Of a DNA stretch of 64,000 bases, positions 1-9,987 are shown one piece after another (within the stretch, counting starts at the first letter, position 1; each line of letters begins with the position of its first letter). A program made the translations under genes and the position numbers. The notes beneath the pieces are model-generated. The model was not told the DNA's origin. It made no database searches and saw only the letters and a program-made list of their open reading frames with translations. The DNA is from Minisyncoccota bacterium (GTDB taxonomy: Bacteria > Patescibacteriota > Minisyncoccia > Phycocordibacterales > UBA2100): positions 13,512 to 77,511 of the forward strand of contig JAYWCB010000013.1 in the NCBI GenBank assembly GCA_043780835.1, in the 5' to 3' direction.

Positions 1-1
1 T

Positions 2-469
2 ATGATCGTTTGGTACCGGCTTCCGGGATTGATTGCCGTCATTGCGCTCTCGCTCTACGTGATTGCAAACCTCGCGATTTTCTTGTTCTTCCGCGTCACG
101 ATCACGTCCGCCGGTATTGCGGGTCTTATTCTCTCCATCGGTATGGCGGTTGATGCAAACATTCTGATCTTCGAGCGCACCAAAGAAGAACTGCATGCGG
201 GGAAGAATACCGAGGATGCAATTCGCGAAGGATTCGCACGTGCATGGCTCTCAATTCGCGACTCAAATATTTCGTCTATTATAACGGCGGTCATTCTCTT
301 CTGGTTTTCGACATCGCTCGTGCGCGGATTCGCGCTGGTGTTCGGTATTGGTGTGCTCGTCTCCATGCTCACAGCAATCACGGTATCCCGCACGTTCTTG
401 ATGGCGCTCGGTGTGAACGCAAAAACAGGTATCGCGAGATTCTTATTCGGTAGCGGCACCAAAGCGTAA
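2..469 (+). CDS. secD: Protein translocase subunit SecD, C-terminal part (5'-truncated by window)
   Basis: GIAGLILSIGMAVDANILIFER and IRDSN motifs; followed by secF. Confidence 0.95.
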   Translation: MIVWYRLPGLIAVIALSLYVIANLAIFLFFRVTITSAGIAGLILSIGMAVDANILIFERTKEELHAGKNTEDAIREGFARAWLSIRDSNISSIITAVILFWFSTSLVRGFALVFGIGVLVSMLTAITVSRTFLMALGVNAKTGIARFLFGSGTKA

Positions 470-470
470 T

Positions 471-1385
471 ATGTTTGTCGTCAACAACAGAAATCTATTC
501 TTTGCCTTCACTGGCTTTTTGCTCGTGGCATCGATTGTTGCGATTGCGGTATTCGGACTAAAGCTCGGAACGGATTTCACTGGCGGTACGCTCGCGCAGA
601 TTACATACCAAACGCGACCTGCGCCGCAGCTGGTGCACGATGCGCTCGATGCTGCGGGATTCAAAAACTATTCGCTTCGAGAAGCGGGCGCAAAAGATTT
701 CGTGCTGCGCTCGGCAAACCTCACGGACGTGCAACGAAAATCACTGCCTGAAATCATATCCGGCGGAGAAGCGTTCAAGGGCTCTATCACACAACTCACG
801 GAAGTGGGACCGACAATCGGTGTCGAGCTCCGCAATAAGTCGCTTCTTGCAATGGCACTGGTACTTCTGTGCATCATGCTTTTTATTGCATTTGCCTTTC
901 GTCACGTTTCAGAACCAGTTTCTTCATGGACATACGGTTTCATTGCAATCGTGACGCTCGGACACGACGTTATTATTCCGGCCGGCGCGTATGCAGTATT
1001 TGGCCACTTTTGGGGCGCGCAGGTGGATACGCTTTTCGTAACTGCGCTCCTTACAATCCTCGGCTTTTCCATTCACGATACGATCGTCGTGTTTGACCGA
1101 ACACGCGAGAATTTGCGCATCAATAAAGAAAAAGGCCGTCGCGAGGACTTTTCTATCACAGCCGGGCGCTCACTCAATCAGACCATCGTGCGCTCGATCA
1201 ATACTTCACTCACTGTGGTGATTTCATTGCTCACACTGTTCTTCTTTGGCCCCGCCGCGACGAAAGATTTCGCCCTTACGCTTCTTGTGGGCATTATTGC
1301 CGGTACATACTCATCGATTTTCTTTGCGACGCCGCTTTTGGTGGTGTGGGAAAAGGCTCGTCGTAAAGTCGGCAAAACGAAATAG
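471..1385 (+). CDS. secF: Protein translocase subunit SecF
   Basis: GTDFTGGT, GFSIHDTIVVFDR, RSINTSLT, GTYSSIF motifs. Confidence 0.96.
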   Translation: MFVVNNRNLFFAFTGFLLVASIVAIAVFGLKLGTDFTGGTLAQITYQTRPAPQLVHDALDAAGFKNYSLREAGAKDFVLRSANLTDVQRKSLPEIISGGEAFKGSITQLTEVGPTIGVELRNKSLLAMALVLLCIMLFIAFAFRHVSEPVSSWTYGFIAIVTLGHDVIIPAGAYAVFGHFWGAQVDTLFVTALLTILGFSIHDTIVVFDRTRENLRINKEKGRREDFSITAGRSLNQTIVRSINTSLTVVISLLTLFFFGPAATKDFALTLLVGIIAGTYSSIFFATPLLVVWEKARRKVGKTK

Positions 1386-1457
1386 CGATACGTTGACGCC
1401 GCTGCATTGATGCGGCATTGTGCCCTTCGGAGAAGTTTCGAACACGGGAGGCCGGCG

Positions 1458-1970
1458 ATGACAGAGCAAAACATCTACCTTACCGGCTTCATGGGAGCGG
1501 GTAAATCGACCGTGGGTATCGCATTAGCAAAGCGACTCAACTATCAATTCATTGATCTTGATGAACATATTGAGTTTGTTAACAGGCGATCGATTAGCGA
1601 TATATTTAGTTCAGGCGGGGAGGAGGGCTTTCGATGTATTGAAACCCTCGAATTACAAAAACTATGCGGCTTGGATCGCACCGTGATTTCTACCGGCGGA
1701 GGTGCATTTTGTCAGGACGGGAATCGCGAATTGATGCTCCGTACCGGCCTCGTTGTGTGTATCGACGCTCCGCTTGATCTGATACGAAAGCGGCTCTCCG
1801 GCGACACGGAGAGACCCCTCCTGCAAAATCAGAAAGCGGGCGACTTGTATAAATTGTTCATGACTCGACAACCGCTGTACCGAAAAGCGCATCTCATCGT
1901 GAACGGGAGAAAGTCGGTGCTCGGGATCGTGAATGATATTCTCAGGTATCTCATTAAAACCGGAACGTGA
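1458..1970 (+). CDS. aroK: Shikimate kinase
   Basis: NIYLTGFMGAGKSTVG P-loop, GEEGFR, ISTGGG, RPLL; ATG 1458 follows GGGAGG. Confidence 0.93.
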   Translation: MTEQNIYLTGFMGAGKSTVGIALAKRLNYQFIDLDEHIEFVNRRSISDIFSSGGEEGFRCIETLELQKLCGLDRTVISTGGGAFCQDGNRELMLRTGLVVCIDAPLDLIRKRLSGDTERPLLQNQKAGDLYKLFMTRQPLYRKAHLIVNGRKSVLGIVNDILRYLIKTGT

Positions 1971-1990
1971 AAAAATAACCAGGTACTTTA

Positions 1991-2053
1991 ATCGACCGGA
2001 AACACCGGTCGATCTTTTAATAAATAAAATACCGATCCTGAGGATCGGTATTT
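1991..2053. terminator. Two hairpins between convergent genes
   Basis: ATCGACCGG/CCGGTCGAT (1991-2013) and AAATACCGATCCT/AGGATCGGTATTT (2027-2053). Confidence 0.6.
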
Positions 2054-2074
2054 CAAAATGCGCAACGGGATTGA

Positions 2075-2338
2075 TTAGAATCCCCGAAAATCCGCAAGAA
2101 CATTTGTGGGATGACGCCCTTTCTCGACATCGCTCAAGGCTTGTTGGTATCGCGGGTCCTTTTCGTAGCCTGAACCCCAGAGCGCGACCATGGTCTCGTG
2201 ATGACGAGCTAGCCTGGAGCGCGCATCTTCTTCTGGTTGAGCGATATCTGTGTGAGACATTGACACCTCCGGAGTGAGCGACTTGGTTTTAGTCGAGATT
2301 CCCGGTTCGCGAACGAATCCGTATCCTTTGTGTGGCAT
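2075..2338 (-). CDS. Hypothetical protein (87 aa)
   Basis: ORF with GAGGG upstream, ends facing terminator hairpins; no recognised motif. Confidence 0.5.
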   Translation of the reverse strand: MPHKGYGFVREPGISTKTKSLTPEVSMSHTDIAQPEEDARSRLARHHETMVALWGSGYEKDPRYQQALSDVEKGRHPTNVLADFRGF

Positions 2339-2467
2339 GTAAGAACCCTCTGTGATTGAAAGAGCGCGAGGTACGAAAGAACTGGCCGGATTGATGATCC
2401 GGAATCTGGTTCGAAGGTCTTCGAGCGAGATTCCGAGGCACTATCCGTTCTCCGATAGTCTTGCCGT

Positions 2468-2501
2468 AACAAAGAAGCCCCCGCTTGGGGCGGGGGCTTC
2501 T
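2468..2501 (-). terminator. Intrinsic terminator
   Basis: AGAAGCCCCCGC/GCGGGGGCTTCT stem followed by TTGTT on the minus strand. Confidence 0.7.
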
Positions 2502-2519
2502 GGTGTTGTTTCGGTTTGT

Positions 2520-2603
2520 TTATTTCTGAACCGTTGCATACGCCAAAGCCCCCTGTTTCCAGAAGCTATAAAAGTATACAAATGCGATGACTGCTCGATT
2601 CAT
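2520..2603 (-). CDS. Putative 27-aa aromatic-rich peptide (MNRAVIAFVYFYSFWKQGALAYATVQK)
   Basis: Hand-translated; TTGACA-16-TACTCT promoter 8 nt upstream, terminator just downstream. Confidence 0.45.
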   Translation of the reverse strand: MNRAVIAFVYFYSFWKQGALAYATVQK

Positions 2604-2611
2604 TACGATTG

Positions 2612-2690
2612 AGAGTACGCCTGTCTGAAATTCTGTCAAGATTTGATCACATAATTATTCTTGACAGGATGCGCGTCCGCAGTAGGCTTC
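2612..2690. promoter_or_regulatory. Back-to-back divergent sigma70 promoters
   Basis: Inverted CTGTCAAGA...TCTTGACAG gives a TTGACA on each strand; -10 TAGGCT (+) and TACTCT (-) at about 16-nt spacing. Confidence 0.6.
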
Positions 2691-2755
2691 GTTGAGTACT
2701 GTTGCGTAGCGTGCGTAAAGGACGGTAGAAGACTGCCATTACAAGGGAGATACCA

Positions 2756-3139
2756 ATGGCGCAAGTCAGACTAAAAGAAACGGACTACGAAGACGGCGAC
2801 ACATCAGTGATGCATGTCAGTGCAAGGCAAGGTACCGGTGACGAGCTCATGGGTCCGAGCGGTCGGCTCGCGTACATGTTACGTGGTCACTGGGTCGGTA
2901 TTCTCGGCGGGGAGCCTACGGGGGCACGAGGCTCGCGCCCAAGTCGTAAGCAGTACGCGCTCTTTATCGTGAGTCAGAAGAAAGGCGGCGGGTACGACGT
3001 TCATTTCAAAGAGGCACTCACGAAGAGCGAGGTTGAGCGCGAAGAGATTTCGAAGCGCCTGCATCATTCGCATGAATTACATTCATTCGTATTGCCGGTC
3101 ACTGTGCGGAATCAACGCTGCCAACTTATTACGCTCTAG
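2756..3139 (+). CDS. Hypothetical protein (127 aa)
   Basis: ORF with AGGGAGA SD, upstream promoter and downstream terminator. Confidence 0.65.
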   Translation: MAQVRLKETDYEDGDTSVMHVSARQGTGDELMGPSGRLAYMLRGHWVGILGGEPTGARGSRPSRKQYALFIVSQKKGGGYDVHFKEALTKSEVEREEISKRLHHSHELHSFVLPVTVRNQRCQLITL

Positions 3140-3162
3140 TCACTGCGACTAGAGCACACCTC

Positions 3163-3200
3163 AACACCGGCGTGCAATGCATGCCGGTGTTTTGTTCTTT
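3163..3200 (+). terminator. Intrinsic terminator
   Basis: AACACCGGCGTGC/GCATGCCGGTGTT stem plus T tract. Confidence 0.7.
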
Positions 3201-3280
3201 TTATTCTTGACCGCGTTCTGATCGGGCGTACTATTCCACAAGCAAAGACAGAGTGTCTTTCTAAGAAGAGGATATCGGTC

Positions 3281-3487
3281 ATGTCGAAAACACCGCATCA
3301 TCGCAAAGATGAGAGTGCCGTTGGCGTCACTGAAAATGCATCCGAACCGTTTGTGGACGGACAGGTCGCGCACGCGCCGTTTCCGGATCAGCGTGTTCGC
3401 GCAACGTTTGCGGCACCGCATCCGCGTAAACGTGACGTGAATCGGGACTTTGACGTTCTGCCTCGCGGACGTCTTGCAACGGATTAA
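3281..3487 (+). CDS. Hypothetical protein (68 aa)
   Basis: ORF with GAGGA upstream and hairpin plus T tract at about 3510-3545. Confidence 0.5.
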   Translation: MSKTPHHRKDESAVGVTENASEPFVDGQVAHAPFPDQRVRATFAAPHPRKRDVNRDFDVLPRGRLATD

Positions 3488-3616
3488 TGACGGCATCGCA
3501 GATACGTAGACCCCGGTACATAGTGCCGGGGGCTATTTTTTTATTTTACTTTTTCTGAAAATAATTTACACTCCATCGGTCGAGCAATCCGCTCGTCGCT
3601 ACGTAGGAGACTTCGA

Positions 3617-3772
3617 GTGAATCCGAATCAACAGAAGCCGCAGTCGCAGCACGATCAGGACCAGTCGCGTCAGGGTCAGCAGAATCAAGAAAGCGGCGGA
3701 CATCAACCCGGTCGCGATGAAAAATCGGGCAACAAGCGCCAGAATCAGAAGCCCGGCTCGAAGTCGAAATAA
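3617..3772 (+). CDS. Small Gln-rich hydrophilic protein (51 aa)
   Basis: Hand-translated MNPNQQKPQSQHDQDQSRQGQQNQESGG...; AGGAGA SD, GTG start, terminator 3801-3830. Confidence 0.65.
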   Translation: MNPNQQKPQSQHDQDQSRQGQQNQESGGHQPGRDEKSGNKRQNQKPGSKSK

Positions 3773-3800
3773 CCAACGGTCATTACGACCGAAGATCTTT

Positions 3801-3830
3801 AGTCCCGGCAGCTCGCTGCCGGGACTTTTG
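3801..3830 (+). terminator. Intrinsic terminator
   Basis: AGTCCCGGCAGC/GCTGCCGGGACT plus TTT. Confidence 0.75.
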
Positions 3831-4149
3831 TTATTAGAAGCGGCGCATTGACCGGTCATTGCCGAGGTTCACAATGGTGGAAGTGCCGCGCGGAGATCCG
3901 TGGAGAAAAGGCGCCAATGCCTAGCCCTGCCATCGGACCCAGTGAGGCGTCATGCCCTCAAATGGGATTTAAAAACAGCACGTGCAATCAATCGGGAGCA
4001 ATCTGCTCAAAGCCTCGGAAATTGGCGCGCCGCTTGTCGACGCGCCCTTTCATTGTAAAAGCCCTCCCTCAGGAGGCCTTCATCACGCTTACGATATACT
4101 GCCAAAACGGGCCTTTTGTGGCTTCAATCATGGTCTTTCGGCCTTGGGG

Positions 4150-4177
4150 TTGACTCTCATGGTTTAGCGCTTATAAT
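4150..4177 (+). promoter_or_regulatory. Probable rRNA promoter
   Basis: TTGACT-16 nt-TATAAT about 530 nt upstream of 16S. Confidence 0.7.
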
Positions 4178-4310
4178 GGCTCGACCATCGCTCCTGATGG
4201 CCTTTTATTTGGGGTCGGAATTGATTTTCTGATCAACGAATATGCCTGACTGCCACTCGGCACGACGGCCTTCAAACCGAAGAGGGCGGGATGTGGATGG
4301 CTGAACTTTG

Positions 4311-4333
4311 ACATTTGAATAGACAAAGCATTT
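4311..4333 (+). other. 5' strand of 16S leader-trailer processing helix
   Basis: ACATTTGAATAGACAAAGCATTT is complementary to about 6355-6376 and to about 8221-8245. Confidence 0.7.
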
Positions 4334-4710
4334 TGCATCGAATTCTGTAGCGGAATTCGGTGTGAGAAAAACAATCAATGTAAATTCACAAAGATTGGTA
4401 AGACTCGAATATCCAATAAGCCGGATGTTCGAGAAGCAATGCAACACACAAGCAAGCAAACAAAATACAACGTACTGCGAAGCCCTAGGAGAGTTTCGTA
4501 GTATATGAGGAATAGAAACAGTACTGATTACATTGATCCAAATGTAAATCAGGAAACAAAAAATCAGATTGAATCATGTTCTTCGAACATGCATAAATGT
4601 GCATTCTTTTGTTTCGTCCATCCTAAAAAAGAACTAAATCAAATTTGTAACAGAATTTCATGGCAGTGCACTCAAGGATCCGTCCACGTGCACACTATGT
4701 AATACATTCT

Positions 4711-6170
<1,460 letters not shown>

Positions 6171-6263
6171 AATTGGACGCTGAAACACCCGCGAGGGTGC
6201 GGTAAGCTAATAGGCGATTTGGGTATCTCGATCGAGTACCCAAGGGAAATGGCATTCATCCAT

Positions 6264-6418
6264 AAATGATGCCTGACATATCGGCAAAGACCGGTAGTTT
6301 GGACGAAACAAAAGAGTGTATATTCTTTTTTGTCTGCAAGTTTGTGTGCTAAATAATGCTTTGTCTATTCAGATGTGAAATAAAAAAACAGCCGGCTCGC
6401 AATGAGTCGGCTGTTTTT
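6264..6418 (+). repeat. 16S 3' trailer plus terminator, copy A (native position)
   Basis: AAATGATGCCTGAC..AAAGACCGGTAGTTTGGACGAAACAAAAG..AATGCTTTGTCTATTCA and terminator 6385-6418. Confidence 0.8.
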
Positions 6419-6447
6419 GTGTAATTCACCAATGCTATGCTTTGTTT

Positions 6448-6690
6448 ATGATTCAGGTACGTATTGTAAAGCGAAGCGAGAACCCGTCTCTGTTTTGGAG
6501 TTCTGTTTTTCAAGGGGCGTTTCTTGCTCTCTTGCCGGTACTGGGTTTTGCCGCATTTATCGGATATATCCTTCAGCTATCAACGCGGACCAATATTGTG
6601 TTCATCGCGGGCACGGGAATAATTGTATTCTTGGTAACAGCGTTCGCGCTTTCAAGGCGTGAGGTAATCCCCGAGATTGGCCTTGTATAA
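6448..6690 (+). CDS. Small two-TM membrane protein
   Basis: Two hydrophobic segments; TATGCT-6 nt-ATG. Confidence 0.7.
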   Translation: MIQVRIVKRSENPSLFWSSVFQGAFLALLPVLGFAAFIGYILQLSTRTNIVFIAGTGIIVFLVTAFALSRREVIPEIGLV

Positions 6691-6723
6691 GTCGCACAAA
6701 CATCCAAGTTTGTACCTACCCCC

Positions 6724-6818
6724 AAATGATGCCTGACGTACTGGGAAAGACCGGTAGTTTGGACGAAACAAAAGTGTAAATAAAAACACCCCAGAACAAT
6801 GACGGAGGGTGTTTTTTA
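6724..6818 (+). repeat. 16S trailer repeat, copy B with related terminator
   Basis: AAATGATGCCTGACGTACTGGGAAAGACCGGTAGTTTGGACGAAACAAAAG then AAAAACACCC..CAATGA..GGGTGTTTTTT. Confidence 0.85.
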
Positions 6819-6862
6819 GGTATGCCATAATTCATGGTATTTCGTCTGGTTTGATTCTCACG

Positions 6863-6887
6863 ATGCCGCAGGTTTAACCTGCGGCAT
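6863..6887. repeat. REP-like palindrome
   Basis: ATGCCGCAGGTT-T-AACCTGCGGCAT; second copy at 8359-8379. Confidence 0.7.
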
Positions 6888-6904
6888 TTGGCGGTTACTT
6901 AGCA

Positions 6905-7456
6905 TTAACCGCCAAATTTCCACATTCCAAGCATAAATAAAGTCATGAGCACCGCGAATACAAGAATTCCAGACAATAGCACTTTTATAAGATTACTCAA
7001 CGCATTTTTCTTGCTTCCTGAAGCTGGGCCGGTCAAAGTATCGACACCGTTATTTTTAGCATATATATTTCTCAGCCCGACTTTCACCAGATACATGCCG
7101 AATCCAAGTAGAGCAAGGGGTCCGGCATAATCTATGTACGGTTTGTCCGACTGGCCCAATGACGTTCTCCATAGAACTAGCCCATAGAGTGCTAGAAGTG
7201 TACTAAGGCTTCCAAGAACTGTGTAAAGATATCCAGTGAAACGGCGTGAATGAGGTGTCATCTCACGGACCCCTATCCATGTGCACATGAGACCTGCCGG
7301 AATTCCTACAATCCAGAATAGTGTTTCTGTGCCTGCGAGCACAAGGTCACCAGACGAATAAAGAATGCCCACCGCGATGATGCAAAAGAGTGTAAAGAGA
7401 ATGCCGAATGCCCCAAGGGCAATACCTATGAGGGAGTAAAGAGGGTCTTTTCTCAT
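6905..7456 (-). CDS. Hypothetical multi-pass membrane protein
   Basis: About 5 hydrophobic segments; ATGA overlap with upstream gene. Confidence 0.75.
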   Translation of the reverse strand: MRKDPLYSLIGIALGAFGILFTLFCIIAVGILYSSGDLVLAGTETLFWIVGIPAGLMCTWIGVREMTPHSRRFTGYLYTVLGSLSTLLALYGLVLWRTSLGQSDKPYIDYAGPLALLGFGMYLVKVGLRNIYAKNNGVDTLTGPASGSKKNALSNLIKVLLSGILVFAVLMTLFMLGMWKFGG

Positions 7457-8052
7457 TTGACCGAAGAAGCAATAGCTTTTTTGGTGAAGAAATACGTCGC
7501 GTAGTAGAGGATAGCGATGGATACGAGAAGTCGGATGATGGTGACTGTATCGAGATGTTCCGAAAGAATGAACGTGCCAAGGAAGAAGAAAACGGCCCAA
7601 ATACCCGCAAACCAAAGTGCGACACGGGCGGGATCATGTTTACTTTGGAGATAGCCTTTTCGGGCAACGTATGACACTGACGCCCAGCAGCTTATTATCG
7701 TTACGATAATGCCCAACAACAGACCCACAAAGAAATTCTGGAGTAAATCTTTTGGTAAAAGATAGTATGCAGGAACGTTAAGTACGATACCGCATATAAT
7801 GAAAATAAACGCCATCCGATTCGTTACGAAGAAGTACCCGTGGTCTTTCTCAGACTGCGCCTCAGCTCTAGACATGCTACGGCCAAGCCAACCCAGTAGA
7901 AGAGCGCCGCCGATGGTGCCAATACCTGTCCCCACAAGATGAATTGAGCCCGGTGTATTCGCGGGCAACACAGATTCGAGTACAACAGCTGAAATAATCA
8001 GTCCCAAAAAAAAGCCTATAATTCCGTACAAGAAAGCGCGAATTGATAGCAT
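7453..8052 (-). CDS. Hypothetical multi-pass membrane protein
   Basis: About 6 hydrophobic segments; TAAAAT-6 nt-ATG. Confidence 0.8.
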   Translation of the reverse strand: MLSIRAFLYGIIGFFLGLIISAVVLESVLPANTPGSIHLVGTGIGTIGGALLLGWLGRSMSRAEAQSEKDHGYFFVTNRMAFIFIICGIVLNVPAYYLLPKDLLQNFFVGLLLGIIVTIISCWASVSYVARKGYLQSKHDPARVALWFAGIWAVFFFLGTFILSEHLDTVTIIRLLVSIAILYYATYFFTKKAIASSVK

Positions 8053-8150
8053 GTCAATATTTTACCCCCCCCCGTGGAGTCCGTGCCTGATACCTTTCTC
8101 ATATATGGGGACAGAGATAATACGACACTATTCGAGCGAATAAGGGAGAG

Positions 8151-8245
8151 AGACCGGTAGTTTGGACGAAACAAAAGAGTGAATATTCTTTCTGTGTTGT
8201 TTGAATGTTTGTGTGTAAATAAATGCTTTGTCTATTCAAAAGTCA
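8151..8245 (+). repeat. 16S trailer repeat, copy C
   Basis: AGACCGGTAGTTTGGACGAAACAAAAGAGTGAATATTCTTT..AAATGCTTTGTCTATTCAAAAGTCA. Confidence 0.85.
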
Positions 8246-8358
8246 GTACTCGCGAGTAATGGTCGTAAAAAACGCCCGCTTCCTTCGAGGAACACGGTTT
8301 TTTTGTACTGGTATGCTTTCCAGATATTAAGGAAAAACTCCTCATACAACACCAATCT

Positions 8359-8379
8359 TGCCGCAGGTTTAACCTGCGG
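8359..8379. repeat. REP-like palindrome, copy 2
   Basis: TGCCGCAGGTTTAACCTGCGG, identical to the 6864-6884 core. Confidence 0.7.
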
Positions 8380-8382
8380 AAA

Positions 8383-8566
8383 CTTTCACCTCAGGAGCGA
8401 AAGATTTTGGAAATGCGCAAGGGCCTGACCGAGGAGGGGATTTGTTTTCTCTCGAAGAGGTCGGAGGGAATTCGACATTACCCACGAGCGTATCCGACAA
8501 ATCGAAGCCAAAGCCTTGGAGCACATCCGTTTCTACGATTGTGCTAAACAGCTGCGAAGTTACTAG
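8383..8566 (+). pseudogene. Frameshifted fragment of primary sigma70 factor region 4
   Basis: Three frames join to LSPQERKILEMRKGLTEEGIC / FSLEEVG / EFDITHERIRQIEAKALEHIRFYDCAKQLRSY*. Confidence 0.8.
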
Positions 8567-9120
8567 TGAGTCTTGTGAGCCTCGATTCTGTCGGCAATCT
8601 CGTCTGCGAGGTACGTTCGAATCATGTATTCAGTACTAGCGTCTTTTGGTTTTAGGACGAGAAATGAACGTGCGAACGTAGGGCTGTTATAGAATCGCTG
8701 GCCGAACATTTTACCGAGTGCTGTGTTCCCGGTAGGGACCGTACCGAAACGTGAAGTCTCGTACGCATCGCCAAACTCTGACGCGTTATGGTAGCGGTCG
8801 CCATATTTTCCGTTCCAAAATTTGAATCCGAAATATTGTGACCATGGAAGACGAACTACTTTCGCTTCACGAATCTTCGAAAGGTCGATGATGAGCGGCT
8901 TATACATGCGACCCATTGCAATCGTGAGCTTATCTTGGTGAATGGTAACGATTGTCCATCCATACATGAGTACAATGTATAAGGAGACCAGAGGAGGTGT
9001 GATTACAAGGGGCATTGTTTGGTTGGTGATGCCTTCACGAGCAATAATATAAAGAGGGATTAAAAGTGCGAGCGCGCCAAAACCCAAGTAGAAGATATGG
9101 AGTTGAACGCGCCGGTACAT
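8563..9120 (-). CDS. Hypothetical membrane protein (2 TM plus soluble, PH-like domain)
   Basis: Two N-terminal TM segments; TATGAT-6 nt-ATG. Confidence 0.7.
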   Translation of the reverse strand: MYRRVQLHIFYLGFGALALLIPLYIIAREGITNQTMPLVITPPLVSLYIVLMYGWTIVTIHQDKLTIAMGRMYKPLIIDLSKIREAKVVRLPWSQYFGFKFWNGKYGDRYHNASEFGDAYETSRFGTVPTGNTALGKMFGQRFYNSPTFARSFLVLKPKDASTEYMIRTYLADEIADRIEAHKTH

Positions 9121-9237
9121 AAAGAAATCATAGCACTAACAATCTCGTCGCAGCTCGATGGGAAGGCGTATGACCAGCTCAATGTAGTCTTGGAGACATA
9201 ATACAGTCTGTAACAGAGAGGCGAGGCCTCCCTGTTC

Positions 9238-9333
9238 AAAATAATGCTTTGTCTTTATTGCGGTTCTAATTTTTAATTTTCTGCCGTAGTAATGACGCGT
9301 GACAAACCGCCGGCGGCAATGCCGGCGGTTTTC
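9238..9333 (+). repeat. Degenerate 16S trailer repeat, copy D, with terminator
   Basis: AAATAATGCTTTGTCT identical to 6351-6366; hairpin AAACCGCCGGC-GGCAAT-GCCGGCGGTTT. Confidence 0.5.
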
Positions 9334-9351
9334 GTATGCTAGTGTCTTTTT

Positions 9352-9975
9352 ATGATAGAAATGGTCTCGTACTATCTTACAGACATATTGCCGCACGCCA
9401 TCGTATACAGTGTCATCACGATCGTCTTACTGATAAGTTTTGTCGCCGCGCTGGCGATAGCCGGAAGAGCGCCTACCACTTCCATACTGCGCTTCGAGCG
9501 TTGGCTCATGTCGCCGTTTACAGTGTGGGAGTTCCTGTATCTTTCGGCACTCTATTTACTGTTCGAAATCGCCGATCTCACACTCGGTGTTATGGCGGCA
9601 TTCGGTGTGCCACAAGTATCGGACATACAGATCTATTTCTTTTCTGGAGGAGATATATTTGCAATCCTCGCGCTACTCATAGCTGTCGCTATTGAAGAGT
9701 TAATATTCCGAGTCGTACCGCTTCTTATTTCAGTACGATTCTGGGGGTTTGGACTGCCTACATTTGCGTGCTTGATCGGGAGCTCTATCGTATTCGGATG
9801 GATGCACGGCGACATCAGAAACGTCTTTATCCAGGGCGCCGGAGGGCTCTTTTTCGGCATGTTCTTCCTTAAACTCTCATATGGCGGCAAGCGGCCGGTC
9901 CAAGCGGCCGCGTTTGTCATCGCGCTGCACTTTGCCTTCGATATGTTCATTATCATCCTTACAGGAACTTTTTAA
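9352..9975 (+). CDS. CPBP (CAAX/Abi) family intramembrane metalloprotease
   Basis: EELIFR, FGWMH and HxxxD motifs in a hydrophobic protein. Confidence 0.85.
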   Translation: MIEMVSYYLTDILPHAIVYSVITIVLLISFVAALAIAGRAPTTSILRFERWLMSPFTVWEFLYLSALYLLFEIADLTLGVMAAFGVPQVSDIQIYFFSGGDIFAILALLIAVAIEELIFRVVPLLISVRFWGFGLPTFACLIGSSIVFGWMHGDIRNVFIQGAGGLFFGMFFLKLSYGGKRPVQAAAFVIALHFAFDMFIIILTGTF

Positions 9976-9987
9976 ACCGATACGACA

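Noticed and set aside
6288-6335. Hammerhead ribozyme suggested by GGACGAAAC-stem-GTC
   Set aside because: No CUGANGA core upstream in any copy; TTTGGA can instead pair with TCCAAA at the 16S 3' end, fitting an rRNA trailer helix.
6264-8245. CRISPR array from the 27-bp repeat
   Set aside because: Spacing is about 460 and 1400 bp with whole genes between; no cas genes.
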